From Chiloscyllium plagiosum (Eukaryota): a DNA stretch of 64,000 nt. Under the pieces are notes generated by a model, which saw nothing but the letters and a program-made list of their open reading frames with translations, did no database searches and was not told the origin of the DNA. Of this stretch, positions 35,870 through 49,370 are shown one piece after another (the first letter of the stretch is position 1; the number at the start of each line of letters is the position of its first letter). Position numbers and translations under genes: made by a program. The DNA lies in assembly GCF_004010195.1 (NCBI RefSeq), contig NC_057753.1:7250130-7314129 (forward strand), written 5' to 3'.

Positions 35870-38830
35870 AGACCTGACGTCAAGTCTCATTTTAACTCTT
35901 TTATGCTCTTCACTCCACCTGACAAGTAAGTGCTTAACTTGCAAAGTTCAGATACATCTTGTGACGATGCTGCCCCTTTTAAAAGGGTATTCTATCTGCG
36001 TTGTTTTTTTTTTATTCCAGACTGTGCATAAAAATAGAAGTTCAGAAATGTCTTGATATATTTGCTTGAAAAATCGTTCAACTTTAATTTAGACACTTGT
36101 GCAATGAGAACGGAGTGGCCAGTTCTCAAAGTTCAGGGCACGGATTAGTTTGGTTTTGGCAAGCTGTTTTTTTTAATGCTCTGCTCAAGCTTTAGGTTGG
36201 AACGCAGAAAGGCTGCTGCGGACCCAGTGAAGCACTTTCATGCCGATTCCTTCTCCTTCTGACATCTCTCCTTCAAGAACCTGAGTTTGAAATTCCGTTT
36301 TGGCCAAATCGCGTTTGTGGGACGTTTCAGGAATTTGGAAGAGCATCATTAAGTTGCAAAAGAGTCGATTGAGTGTCCAAATAGTTATGTGATTCTAAAT
36401 TTTATATTATTTTGTTTGAGTGTGAATACATGCTGCTTTGTTTAAACTGGGTGTTTGAGCTATCTGCATCAGTCCTGGAATATCCATTACACAACCGTTC
36501 AAACAAAAACAGGAATGTTTGGAACTGAGCCAACATATTGAACAGTTGTGAGGGGATCTGGCTGCTTCATGAAGACTGGGGTGACGCAGCCGGATTTGCT
36601 TTAAGCATCAGTCCTGGAATATCCATTACACAACTGCTTAAACAAAAACAGGATTGTTCGGAACTGAGCTACCATTTTGAACAGTTGTGAAGGGATCTGG
36701 CTGCTTCATGAAGACTGGGGTGACGCAGCCGGATTTGCTTTAAGATTTTGATTTGGTATAAGGGTTGTAGGTCTCGAATTTGGCGATTGGTCGCTTTTAG
36801 TGTCTCCTGGGCTGGGCGTTGAACTTGTTTGTTTTAAGCAGTGCTTGATGTAGTCATGGCTTCTTCAATCACCAAGAACTTTCTGGAGGTAGAAAAACAG
36901 ACCTTGTGATTTTCCAAAAGGCGATCAAGGAAAAGCTGCTGGGATTGGGAGTCAAGCTGGAGATGAAGCTGCCTCCTTCCATGAGGCAAGAAAAGGTAAC
37001 TAAAACAATCAGTCAGCATTTGATTTTCTGGAAACGCGAGCAGAAGCTTTAGATTTAGCAAAACATTCAATTGGACATGAAGCAGCTTGAGATAGATGCA
37101 GAAGAAAAGGAAACGGAAAACGACTTGAAACTGTATGAATTACGATTAAGAGCCGAGTTAAGAGAAAAAGAAGGAAATGTGCTTGCAGAATAAAAAGCAA
37201 GGTACCGGTAGGAAAGGAAACAAAGAGAAAGAAAGCTTGATCTACATAAATTAACACTTGGAAAGGAAGGTCAGCTTAAAAGGAGAGTGATGAAGGCTGA
37301 AGGTAAGCTGAATGAGGAAGAGAGGTGGATGTGCAAACATATGGCCATCAAAGGCCTGTTGGGAATTTATTCAAATGCATTCAATCATGGACGACATTCG
37401 ATTAGAAGGATGTAGAAGCCTTTTTCCATCTCATTTGAGAAGGTAGATAAACAAATGAAGGGACCAGTGACCATGTGGGTTTTGCTGATCCAAAGTAAAC
37501 TTGTCGATTGATCTAGTGCGTTATTTGGATCACTATCAGAGTAGGTATTTGCGGCGTATGAGGAGGTGAAGATAGACATTTTAAGTGCAAATTAGGTTTT
37601 GCCAGAAACCTACAGAGAACGTTTCAGTAACCTACGGAGGGTCTATAGTCAAACCTACATGGAGATTTAAAGGAATAAATGAAGCTATTTTGACAGATGG
37701 ATATGGGCGTTAAAGGTACAGCAAAACCATGTCGCTTTTAGAGATAAGATTATTTTGTGGAAGTTCAATAAAAAGTCACTTCTCGAAATATGTGAAATCA
37801 TGCGGAAGAGCTGAAAGTTAAAACAGTAAGATTCGCTGAAGAAAAGACGAGTTGGTTGAATGAATGAACTTCGCTTCCAACATCTATTTCAATCCGGAAG
37901 TAACTGAAATAGGGCAAAAGGAAAATCCCAATGTAACAACAGAAAGGTAGATCTCGGTAAAGATCACAAAGATAACTTACCACAGGCTGAAAGGGAAAGC
38001 CGTGAAGGGGAAATGGAAGTTAAAAATCTCCAGTGCTTTCCCTGCAATTAAGTAGGCCACTTGAAAGTACAGTGCTAATCTGTGATAAAAAGCATTGGGA
38101 AGCCAGAAGGAGGAGAATCGGACAAGCCAGTTCATTTTGTTACTTTTTGAACCGAAAGCATTGTGGGATCTAAAAAGCTGCAGAAGAATGCACAACCTAG
38201 TCAGAGTCGAGTTAAGGATAAATTGCCAGGTCATTACGAAGGTTTACTTCACTCTCCAATGTCAGCGCAGCAGGTAAAGAGTTTATAATAGGAAGAATAC
38301 AGGATCCTCTCCATCTTTGATGTTGGACGATGACGGGATATGTACCTTTGAAGGACTGTTGTGAGAAACAAAATGCAAGTAACGAGATTTCACGGTGAGA
38401 CAAGAAGTGCTCAATTAGAGTGAAGTTAGAGTGCACAGTAAAGAGTAGAGGAGTTGTGGTAGGAGTCCTGAACAAGCTTTCAGCTCCAGGAATACAGTTG
38501 TCCTTGCTGACGATGCAGCTACGTCACAGTCAGGAGTTCTGCCGACTTTGGTTGAAAAGACAATGAAAACTCTGCTGCTGAACCTTTGCAGGAAACATAT
38601 GTTTTTTGTTTTTGCAGACTGTGTGAAAATGACGTCATATGGACAACGGTTGAAAGAAAAGTGATCAAAGAAGACAGATAAGAAGCTTAAAATGGAATTA
38701 CGTGAGTTATTACTTGATCAAATACTATTGACAGAACAGAAGCAAATGAATGGCAAAGTAGAAATCCTTCGCTCAGAGAAATTAACTGAGTAGCAGCAGG
38801 AGGATGAGAAGGTAAAGGAATTACCGGAGA
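35870..38830 (+). mobile_element. Longer paralogous Gypsy relic in unit B
   Basis: SCAN-like region, CCHC knuckle CFPCN*VGHLKVQC (~38034-38075) and protease-like TGSSPSLM (~38298-38322). Confidence 0.68.
36466..36744. repeat. 139-bp tandem duplication specific to unit B
   Basis: gcatcagtcctggaatatcc...gatttgctttaag twice; single copy at ~16800-16945. Confidence 0.9.
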
Positions 38831-39249
38831 GGTCATACACAAACACAGGCTGCAATAAGTGTGGGGTTGAAGTTTTTCGGGCCAGTTTGATTACAGCTAA
38901 TAGATACTGCTTCAGCCCAGAGACTTTCAAGAGTAAGGCGATAAAAAAACTTCCACAATGGAAATGGAGTGGTAAGTTCTCCCACTGCAACTTTTATCTG
39001 GTTTTGCCAGTCAGGTTATTCGCTGAAAGTAGCCAGGCAGTTCAGACGTTGCTGGACACAAAGCAGCAGTTCCCTGCTGGTCATCTCTCCCTGACCTCTC
39101 TCCTCTAAGACACTGTGTTTGAAAATATTTTTGGTTCCAAGGGTGTTTTATATGGATTATTGCAAGCTTTTAGAAAAGCATTGTTCAGTTGGGATTCTCG
39201 ATTGTGTTATCGGACAGCTTAAGTTATTCGGTAGACTAATCTCTTTATT

Positions 39250-40190
39250 TATGTTCCATTTCCAAATCGCTCAGAACATTTCGGTATTTCCAGCGTGTAT
39301 CCAAATGTCTTTTAAATGTTGTAAACGTACAAGCACCAAAAACTTCTTGAGGCTGTTCATTCCATGTACAAGCCACCCTCTTTATGAAAGAATTGCCACT
39401 CAGATCTATTTGAACCTTTCTGTTCTTACTTTACAATATGCCATCTGGTTTTGAAGTGCGCTATCCGATGGGAAAGACCTTTGCTACTCTTTATTTCTTT
39501 GCCCGCAAGTCTTATAAACTATTATAGGTTCACTCCGCAATGTCCTGTGCTCCAGTGAGCAGATCTATCATTTCCTTATACCTCATACTGTCCAGTCGCA
39601 GCAGCATGCTTTTAAATCTTAACAGTTGCATCGTCAAGTTAATGCTATCATACCAGTAGCAGGGCGACCAGAGCTGTACACAACCCTAAAGAAAAGTAGC
39701 TGACCCATCGTCATGTTCAGTCTCAAAATGACGTCTCAATTCATACCTTCAACGTTTTGGTGTCCTTCGCCATGACTAACCATGACTCCTAACTTCGCAT
39801 CCCAATCGTTTATACAAAAGACAAGCAACAGTTAAACCCCACCCATCCCCACAGCTGATGACAGGCCACCAATCTGAATAAATAAGTGTCGCTTGTCCCA
39901 CTCTGTTTCATACAGTCAAACCACCGTTCCATTCAATCGTCAAGCTCTCTCTGATTTCGATATCATCTCAATTTGATAAATAACCTAACAATGCGCAACC
40001 GAGTCAACGGCTTAATCAAAGCCCATATGCACAACGCCTACCGCCCTGCCTTCATGTATCTTTCGGTTCATCCTGTCAAAATGTCAATGAAATTTCTGAG
40101 ACAAGATTTTCCACGAACAAACCTATGTTGACTATCCCTAATTCATCATTGCTTCTCCACATGAATGCCAATCCGTCTCTCAGAATCCCG
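39250..40190 (-). mobile_element. Old CR1 fragments (partial paralog at ~18130-18670)
   Basis: Reverse-complement remnants resembling the QHGFV and DFSKAFDKV motifs. Confidence 0.5.
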
Positions 40191-41589
40191 TGGCGCAAAT
40201 TATTCATGAAATTTTATGATCTTTGTCAGCTCCTCCATTTTTTATGCTGCTTTTTATTTAATTTGTTTTTCAAAGAGACAAATCTCTTCGTTTATCGCAA
40301 ATAAACTGCTAATAGCGTACATGAGGCAACAGATAAATTGTTGACTCCAGTTCAATATCCATCGTGACCCCTGTGTGATTCGTAATTCTCCCCATTTTCT
40401 ATCCAATGCTAAAATATAACAAAGAAAATCACTGTCAAGATCGCTCTGAAATGAAATAGTATTTTGCCCAACAGATTTTATGAGAATTCTGTTTACATTT
40501 TAGTTGACACCAGCACCCAACAATCTTAATTTCGTTCATCATCCTCTCAAAATCTCCCCCATTCCATTCAAAGCAAAATTAGTTTTTAACGATGCCGTCA
40601 ATTAAAGCGCATCTCAACTTGTAATTGTTTGGTTTATTTGACAGAGAAAATAATTTTCAAAGATGAAAATATGAGAAAGCTAACACTTCAGTAAGTGCAT
40701 CCAACATCAGAGTAAGCTGCCAATTTCAAATCATACTTGGTACATTCTGAATTTTCAAGACTGTTTTCCGCGTTTCAACAGACAAAATTCAACTGTTTCA
40801 ATTAATTTATTGTGACAACGTGTGCCTAAGTACAGTAAAATCATTTGTTTGTGAGGCATACAGGAAGGATAAAGTAAGCCAAGACATGCAGAGCATAAGG
40901 TTCATAGTGAGAAAAAGAGATAATATCAAACGTATATTTAAATGAGTGGAATATTTATAATCAATGCTATGATGAGTTCCGATGTAGATCACTCACAGGT
41001 TGCCCCTCGGTGCCGGCGCCAAGTAGAACAAACGTGTGCTATTCTTTGTATCTGTTATGTAAGGGTCGATAATCCGCTGCATCTATCCTTTCCCCGAAGC
41101 AAAACCCAAACAGCATATCTGTATGTTCAACAAGTCCTGCAGCATTTGAAGTACATGGTGCACCACAATTTCAGTTTTAGGCAGTGAGACAAACAGGCTC
41201 ACATTGAACCAAACATTAGATATTCGGACTGAGAGCAGACAATATGGTTTTCATGAATGAGAGTAAAGTAAGCTGCAATAGTTTTCTCACCATGTAACTG
41301 TGAAGTGCAACCATGGATTTCAGTACAAGAGCATGAACGAAGACATTTGGTACATGATTGAGGATGACGTTTTTCATTCAGAGAATGGTGAGCCTGATGA
41401 TTTACTGCTGCAGAGAATGGATGAGGCTTAAAAAGTAAATGTTTCAAAAACGTAACTTTGCATATTCCTGAAGGCTCCAGGATACAAATGGTAGAAGGAG
41501 CAAGCGGATAAAGGTTAATGAGATTTATGGTCAGCAATAAACATTTTGAATATGGAGCAGACTTGATGGTCTGAAGGTACTGTTAACAC

Positions 41590-43830
41590 AGAAAAGACAG
41601 TATAGAACAGTGCAGCAGAGTACAGACCATTCGACCCTTGATGTTGAGCCGAGCTTTCATCCTACTCTACAGTCAAACTGATTGGTATACTCTTCATTTT
41701 ACTATCATACATGTTCCTATACAAGAGTCGCTTAAATATCCGAAATACATCTGACTCCATGAACACCGCTGACAGTTCATTCCATGGACCCACCTCTTTC
41801 TGTGTATAAAGAATCTACATCTGACGTTTCGCCAAAACCCTTTCTCCAATCAATATACGATTATGCACACTCGTGGTATCTTTTTTCTGGCCTGGGAGAA
41901 ACTGTTGGGCTACCCAGTTTGTTTATGCCTCTCATCATCTCGTGCACCTCCATCCAGCCATTTCTCATCTTCTTCACTGCAATGAAAAAAACGCTCGCTC
42001 CCTAACCTATCTTCATCAGACATGCTCTCCATCCAGGCAGCATTCTCTAAAGCTTGCATATCCTTCCTATCATGAGGCGACCAGAACTGAACACAATATT
42101 CCAGGTGTTACACAATTAGGGTTACATCGAGCTGCAGCATAACTCCGTGGCTCTTAAACTCAGCCCCCCTGCTAATGAAATCCACCAAAACATTTGCTCT
42201 TTTATGAACCCTATCAACTTGATTGGAAACTTTGAGGGATCCGTGTAATGAATCCCAAAATCACTCTTCCCCAACACTGTCAAAACCTGCCTTCAAACCT
42301 GTAAGCTGCATTCAAATTCGAACTTCCAAAACGAATCACTTCTCTCTTTTTCAGGTTGAATTACGTATTCCACTAATCTGACGGGTTCTGCATCCTTTCA
42401 ATGTCCCGTTGTTAAATCACAACAGGCCTCCACATTATCCACAACTCCACCAACTCTCGTTTTACCGGCAAACTTACTAATCAACACTTCCAGTTCCTGA
42501 TCCCAGTCATTACAGAAAATCACAAAGAGGTGAGGTACCAGAACTAATAGAATTGTAATTCCCCCTCTGCCAATTAAATACTTTCCCATAATGTCTGCTC
42601 CTCTCCCTCACCAAGCCTATTACTCTGATCAAGAAGTTGTGATCACTATCACCGAAATGCTCTCCAACTGAGAGATCTGCCACCTGACCTGATTCGTTGC
42701 TAAGCACCAAATCTAAAATGAACTCCACTATAGTCGGCCCATCTCCACACTGAATGAGGAATCCTTCACAGGCACACCTGACAGAATTTGTTCCATCCAA
42801 ATGATTTTCCCTAAAGATGTGCCAACCAATATTAAGGAAGTTGATGTCACCCATTACAACAACCTTGTTACTTTTGCACCTTTCCAAAATCTGCCATCTA
42901 ATCTGCTCCTTCAGGTCTCTGTTGGTATTGGAGATCTGTGGAATCCTCCCAACAAATTGAGTTTCTCTTCCCTATTTCTGACTTTTACCCATCCTGACTC
43001 AATAAATAAACTCTCATCGACGGCCTCCCTTTCTGCATTTGTGATGCTATCTCTGATTAGCAATTCCTCTCCAGCGCCTATTTTACCTCTCTCCCTATTT
43101 CTTTTGAAACAAGTAATGTGCAGAACATCGGAGAATCATTCATTCCCCTATGCTCTAATTTCATCATCCATATTCCAAACTCTTTTGTGTTAAAATAGAC
43201 ACACTTCAATCAAACACACGGACTGCAACGTTGGCCTATCAAGTGCTTATCTTCCTCGCAGACTCTGTTCTCGCTGTATCTGCCTGTTCACCAGCTGCCT
43301 CCAACCTCTCTTACGTCGGTTCGGTTCCCATCTCCCTGCCAAATTAGTTCAAACCTCCCTGAAGAGCTATTGCAAGCTTCCCGGCGAAGATACTGGTGCC
43401 CCTCCGGTTCAGGTGCAACACGTCCTTCTTGTTCAGGTCCCACCTTCCCCAGAATTTATCGCGATGATGCACATATCTGAAGCCCTGCCTCCTACACCAG
43501 CTCTGCAGCCACGTGTTCAGCTTCTTACGCACTCTTTTCCTTGCCTCACGCCCGTGGTATATGTAGCAATCCAGACAGCACTACTCTGCTTGTTTTACCT
43601 TTTAGCTTCTAAATTAACTGCCTGTATTTACTTTACACGTCCACATTCCTTTCTATCTATGTCGTTCTCACCGATGTGTATCACGACATCTAGCTGCTCA
43701 CCTTTTCCCTTAAGAGTCCTGTGAACTCGATCCGAGACATTCCTGACCGTAGCACTGAGGGGTCAACACACTTTTGGGGCGTATTGTTCGCTGTTGACAA
43801 TGCTTCTTCTATACGTGCTCTTCTATTCAA
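41590..43830 (-). mobile_element. Paralogous old CR1 LINE in unit B
   Basis: VVVMGDINF, ILDLVLSNE, GEHFGDSDHN; colinear with 21835-24050. Confidence 0.8.
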
Positions 43831-44151
43831 TGTTTCTATGAAAGCACGATTCATTAGTGAACTTATCACTGAGTGTTTAGGAATCATGCCTGTTTGCGCT
43901 ACCAACTGATGAAAAAATATTGTCTGTTTCATTTGGTCAATAAACTACGCTTTATTCAGTACTGCACAATAACCAGGATAGCAAGAAATGAACTTTTTTC
44001 GAATTTTTGCTTCTTAGAACTTGCGTAGCATCAAGTTTCAAAGACATTTTGCGGAATAACCATGTCCCATACTCACGTAAATGTTTTGCAGTGTATCCAC
44101 GTTTGTTACGGTAAAAGCTTTGATTGTTTTTGTTATGACATTAAACTGGTG

Positions 44152-45313
44152 GTTCCCTTGTTCAAAAAGGGGAGTAGGGATAACCCTAGTAACTATAGGC
44201 CGGTGAGTCTCACTTCTGTTGTGGGCAAAGTCTTAGAGAGAATAGTAAGGGATAGGATTTATGCACATCTAGATAGGAATAATGTGATCAAGGATAGTCA
44301 ACATGGTTTTGTGAAGGGCAGGTCGTGCCTCACAAACCTTATTGAATTCTTTGAAAAGGTGACGAAGGAGGTTGATGAGGGGAAAGCGGTAGATGTGGTA
44401 TATATGGATTTTAGTAAGGCGTTTGATAAGGTTCCCCATGGTAGGCTACTGCAGAAAATACGGAGATATGGCATTGAGGGTGAGTTGGAGGTTTGGATTA
44501 GGAATTGGCTGGATGGAAGAAGACAGAGGGTAGTAGTTGATGGCAAAGTTTCTTCATGGAGTGCCGTCACTAGCGGTGTTCCGCAAGGATCTGTTTTGGG
44601 ACCATTGCTGTTTGTCATTTTTATAAATGACCTGGAAGAGGGGTTAGAAGATTGGGTGAGCAAGTTTGCGGATGATACGAAAGACGGAGGAGTTGTTGAC
44701 AGTGAGGAAGCATATGGCAGGTTACAGCAGGATATAGAGAAGCTGCAGAGCTGGGCAGAAAGGTGGCAGATGGAATACAATGTAGCTAAGTGCGAGGTGA
44801 TTCACTTTGGGAAGAATAACAAAAAGAATGGGTACTGGGCTAATTGTCGGATACTTGGTAGTGTGGATGAGCAGAGGGATCTTGGTGTCCATGTACACAG
44901 ATCTCTGAAAGTTGCCACCCAGGTAAATAGTGCGGTGAGGAAGGCATATGGCGTACTGGCTTTTATTGGTAGAGGAATTGAGTTCCGGAGTCCGGAGGTC
45001 ATGATGCAGTTGTATAAGACTCTGGTACGGCCGCATCTGGAATATTGTGTGCAGTTTTGGTCGCCATACTATAGGAAGGATGTGGAGGCACTGGAACGGA
45101 TGCAGAGGAGGTTTACACTCAGCGAGTCGTGAGTTCATGGAATGCCCTGCCAGTAGCAGTGGTGGACTCTCCCTCTTTATGGGCATTTAAACGGGCATTG
45201 GATAGGTATATGGGGGATAGTGGGTTAGTATAGGTTAGGTGGGCATGGATCGGCGCAACATCGAGGGCCAAAGGGCCTGTACTGCGCTGTATTCTTCTAT
45301 GTTCTATGTTCTA
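44152..45313 (+). mobile_element. CR1-clade LINE, young, 5'-truncated with an internal deletion, specific to unit B
   Basis: Open RT ORF (NYRPVSLTS, DFSKAFDKVPH, GVPQGSVLGP, KFADDTK); (TTCTATG)n tail; short TGGTG direct repeat at the ends. Confidence 0.92.
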
Positions 45314-45480
45314 TGGTGCATTTCATTTTAGCATCTGTAATGAATTCCATTAATTATTAATCAGGTTTTACTCCTGACACCAATTGCTTTTTTAAACTTT
45401 GACTCCTGAGGCTGAAAATGTTACCTTGAAAAGAATATGTTATATGTACAATGTAAAATGAAACATTAATTGCATAGAGT

Positions 45481-47338
45481 GGAAAAAAAGGAAACAAGTG
45501 GGCTATAAGGGTTCGTGAAATAGCTTTACCAACTAGAATTGATGAAAATCACAAAGCATTTTATTCTTATATCAGAAGCAAGCGGGCAACTAAGGAAAGG
45601 ATTGGTCCGCTAAAAGATAATGAAGGAAGGCTGCGTGCCGGACCTGAGATAATCTGTGAGATTCTGAATGATTAATTTGCATCAGTTTTCAATGAGGAGA
45701 GGAGCTTGATGAATCTTGAGATTAGAGATAAAAGTTGGATTAGTCTCAATCACGTTGGCATAAATAGAGTAGTTGAGTTCGGTATGATCAAGTTTTTTTT
45801 AGGTGCCTAAATCGCCAGGACCGGAAAGGATCTATCCCACGTTGCTGAGGCAGGCGAAGGAGGAAGTAGCTGGGATCCTAACATATACCTTTATAGCATC
45901 CTTAAACACCAGTGTGGTGCTGATGGACTGGAAGATTGCTCATTTTGTCCCCCTGTACAAGAAGGGTAGTAGGCATATTCCCGGTAACTACACACCAGTG
46001 AACTTGACGTCCTTGTTGGGACGTTGCTGGTGAGCGCACTGAGAGATAAGATGCATTTATATTTGGAAAGGAATGAGCTTATCAGTGATGGTCAACATGG
46101 CATTGTGTAGGGAAGATCGTGCCCTACCAACTTGATAGAGTTCTTCGAGGAAGTGACCAAGTTGTTAGATGAAGGAAGGGATGTTGATGTTATATACATG
46201 GACTTTAGTAAGGCGTTTGATAAGGTTCACCATTGCAGACTAATGGAAAAAAGCGAAATCACATGGCCTGCAGGGTGTTCTAGCTCGGAAGATAAAGCTC
46301 TGGTTGAGCAACAGGAGACAGAGAGTCGTAGTTGAAGAGAGTTTCTCGCAATGAAGAAAGGTGATACGTGGTGTTCCACAGGGGTCAGTATTGGGGCCAC
46401 TGTTGTGTATAATATACGTAATGATCGAGAAGTGGGCACTGTTGGTATGATCAGCAAGTTTGCAGACGACACAAAGTTTGGTGGTGTAGCAGAAACATTA
46501 GGGACTGTCAGAGAATACAGGAGAGTATAGAGAGACTGGAGAGTTGGGCAGAAAAGTGGCAAATGGCTTTCAATCCAGCCGAATGTGAAGTGATGCATTT
46601 AGGCAAGTCTAATTCCATAGCGAATTATACAATGAATGAAAGAATCTTGGGAAAAGTTATTGGGCAGAGCGATCAGGCAGTGCAGGTCCATTGTATCCTG
46701 AAGGTTGCTGCACAGGTGGATAGAGTGATCAAGCAATCATATAGTATGCTTGCCTTCATTGGACGAGCTATTGAGCAGAACAGCTGGCAAGTCATGTTAA
46801 AATTGTACAAGAGATTGGTTCGGCTGCATTTAGAAGACTCCGTACAGTTCTGGTCACCAAAATTACCAAAAGGATGTGGGTGCTTTGGAAATGGTACAGA
46901 GAAAGTTTACGAGGATGTTGCCTGGTATGGACGGTACGAGCTATGAAGAGAGTTTGAGTAGGTTAGGTTTATCTTCACTCGAAGAAAGGAGATTGAGGTG
47001 GGATCTGACTGAGGTTTACAAAATCATGAAGGGTACAGACAGGGTGGATAGAGACAAGCTTTTTTTCCCATGGTGAAGAATTCAGTAACGAGAGGTCTCG
47101 CCAGTACATCACACAGAGGGTGGTGGGCGTTTGGAACAGCAGAGGTGGTAGAGGCAGGCACGGCAGATTCATTTAATATGCATCTGGACAGATGATTCAA
47201 TCGGTGGGGAGCAGAGGAATACAAATGCTTAGGAAGTGACCGACAGGTTAAGACAATACATTTGGATCATCTCAGGCTTGGTGGTCCGAAGGGTCTGTTC
47301 CTGGGCTGTAAAATCTCTTTGTTCTTTTTACTTTGTTC
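45481..47338 (+). mobile_element. CR1-clade LINE, frameshifted
   Basis: KSPGP, DFSKAFDKV, KFADDTK and LVRLHLE fragments in several frames; absent at the equivalent site ~26118. Confidence 0.88.
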
Positions 47339-47766
47339 TAAAGTCACCCACAGCAAATATCCAGTAGGAATTCGAAAGAATTTGCATGCAAAACACAACG
47401 TGCAATCTTTTCTTTTGGGTTTTCAATAAGTAAGGGTGACAGTAAAAGAGGTGAAACTAAGATTAATTATCAAGGAGTCTTTTGATAAAACATGTATGTT
47501 CGTCCGCATTTTTATCAAGTCTTCAGATTTGTCTCTATAGAGATTTCTTCAGCTCTTTTCTCAATTTTTTCTGTGTTTCTGACTGACTACTTGCAGTCTA
47601 CAATAATTTCGGTCTCATCTGAGTATTGGCTCGTCAGAATGGTTTTGTTAAATGACGCACTGTTAAATTCAGGGAGGCAGTGAAGTCTGCAGATGCTGAG
47701 ATCAGAGTTGAGAATGTGTTGCTGGAAAAGCACAGCAGTTCAGACGGCATCCCAGGAGCATGAAAA

Positions 47767-47799
47767 TCGACGTTTCGTGCCAGAGTCTATCATCAGGGT
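47767..47799 (-). ncRNA. Decayed hammerhead motif
   Basis: CTGATGA-tagactctggcac-GAAACGTC; the core is intact but stem II pairing is eroded. Confidence 0.5.
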
Positions 47800-48471
47800 T
47801 CACACTCCTCGAATGGTGCCTGACCTTCAGTGCTTTTTCCAGCAACATACTCACAGCTCTGTGAAAGTCAGGTTTTTGACTTGCTGTACAGAATAAAAAC
47901 TAAGAAGTTGTCTACAAACTGCAGATCTATTCTGTCTACTCACATTGCCAAAAATAAACTTCATAGTTCAGCGTAGTTAATCATTTCAAACAAACTCAAA
48001 TATTAACACAAACACACAAACAAACACATCTCTCACACAAACACAAACACGCAAATACAGACACATTAGTTGAATTGTCAAGCAAGACAGTAATCTTGGA
48101 TTGTTTCCAGTCCAAACTCAAAACCAAAACTGCCAAATTGCATCCTGGTATGTGCTCAGATTCCTATGATATTAATTCATAGGTGAGACATCACTTCCGC
48201 CTTCAGTATACTTTTTAAAAATATTGATTCACAAAGTTGAAATTTGTTCCCTTTGAATGAATATACTATTTGTAACAACACAAAAAATTATAAAGAACAG
48301 AAAAATATTCAGAATAAATTGTCCCACAGCAAAACTAAGTAATGTAAGCTAACAACTTTTTTTAAATGTACATTAATAGAGTCGAAGAAAAACCTATTGT
48401 TTTAGAAATAAATGAAATGAAAACTCAACTACATTGTTGTACTTTGAAAGTAAACACTCTGTTTATACATT

Positions 48472-49370
48472 TTAACATATTCTGAGGGTATGTTTCCATA
48501 TAGGTTTCATCATATTCAGCAGCGATTCCCTGAATTTGTTCTGAGTTGCTGCATAAATACATGGATTAAGGAAACAACTCAGTAGCTTCAGGATATTTCC
48601 TGTTTCCGTTGCGATATATTCAGGGTTTGCAAAGTCGCCTCGGTAATGATTAGGGTGTGACACTCTGGTGATGGCCAAACATAGGGAATATGTCAACCAA
48701 AGCACGATGAAGCTGATTGACACAGAGAATAATAAAATGATAGATTTCCTCCGGTTCTCGACCACTGAATTGCTATTATTCAAATTTCCGTGTCCCTGGA
48801 GTCCATTACGTGTTCTATTTGCCACGAAAATGCGATAGACGGTAAAAGAATTGAACACGAATATTAGCAGGAATGGAATCCAAGCAACAGAGGCGCTGTA
48901 AAACCAGACAAACGTCATCGCAAGAGGTGAAGCTAAGAAAGTTGCTTTTGTTCTACAGCCCCACTGGACATTTTGAACGATCTTCTCAGGCTCATATGCA
49001 AACAACACCGGAATATTCTTTAACAGGATCAGGGCCGAGACGATTATTAATAATGTGATAGCGGTTCTTTTTGTGCAATACTTTCTTTTAAACTCCTGAC
49101 AGCAGATCATCACAAATCTGTCAAATGTGAATGAAACGGTGAACCAAACAGTTAGATCGAGAGTGATGGTAATCATGTATGCAACGAATAAGCATACAGG
49201 CGTGTGAGACAAGAAGGAAAATGGAAAATAATAGTTCAAAATGCGATACACGACAATATTAATGATAATGGCCAATAGATCGGAAGTTGCCATAGCCACC
49301 ATGTAAACCGAGATACACTTGGAAAGACCACAATCGCCTCTCAAGAGAATCAAAATCGCCATCGAATTCG
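48472..49370 (-). CDS. GPR139/GPR142-like class A GPCR, copy C, exon 2 (intact; 322 aa when spliced to exon 1)
   Basis: The 296-aa ORF has 7TM hydrophobicity, TM3 WFTVSFTFDRFVMICC, ECL2 Cys (WGC), TM6 FIVLWL and TM7 NPCIYA followed by NKFR. Acceptor cctccctgtctttcttacag|CG AAT TCG ATG is at 49371/49370. Exon lengths 70+899 nt = 969 nt = 322 aa + stop. Confidence 0.9.

Larger units (their letters stand above)
26700..48060. repeat. Tandem segmental unit B (boundaries approximate)
   Basis: Same order of blocks as unit A (intron, exon 1, upstream region, Gypsy relics, old CR1) with unit-specific indels. Confidence 0.85.
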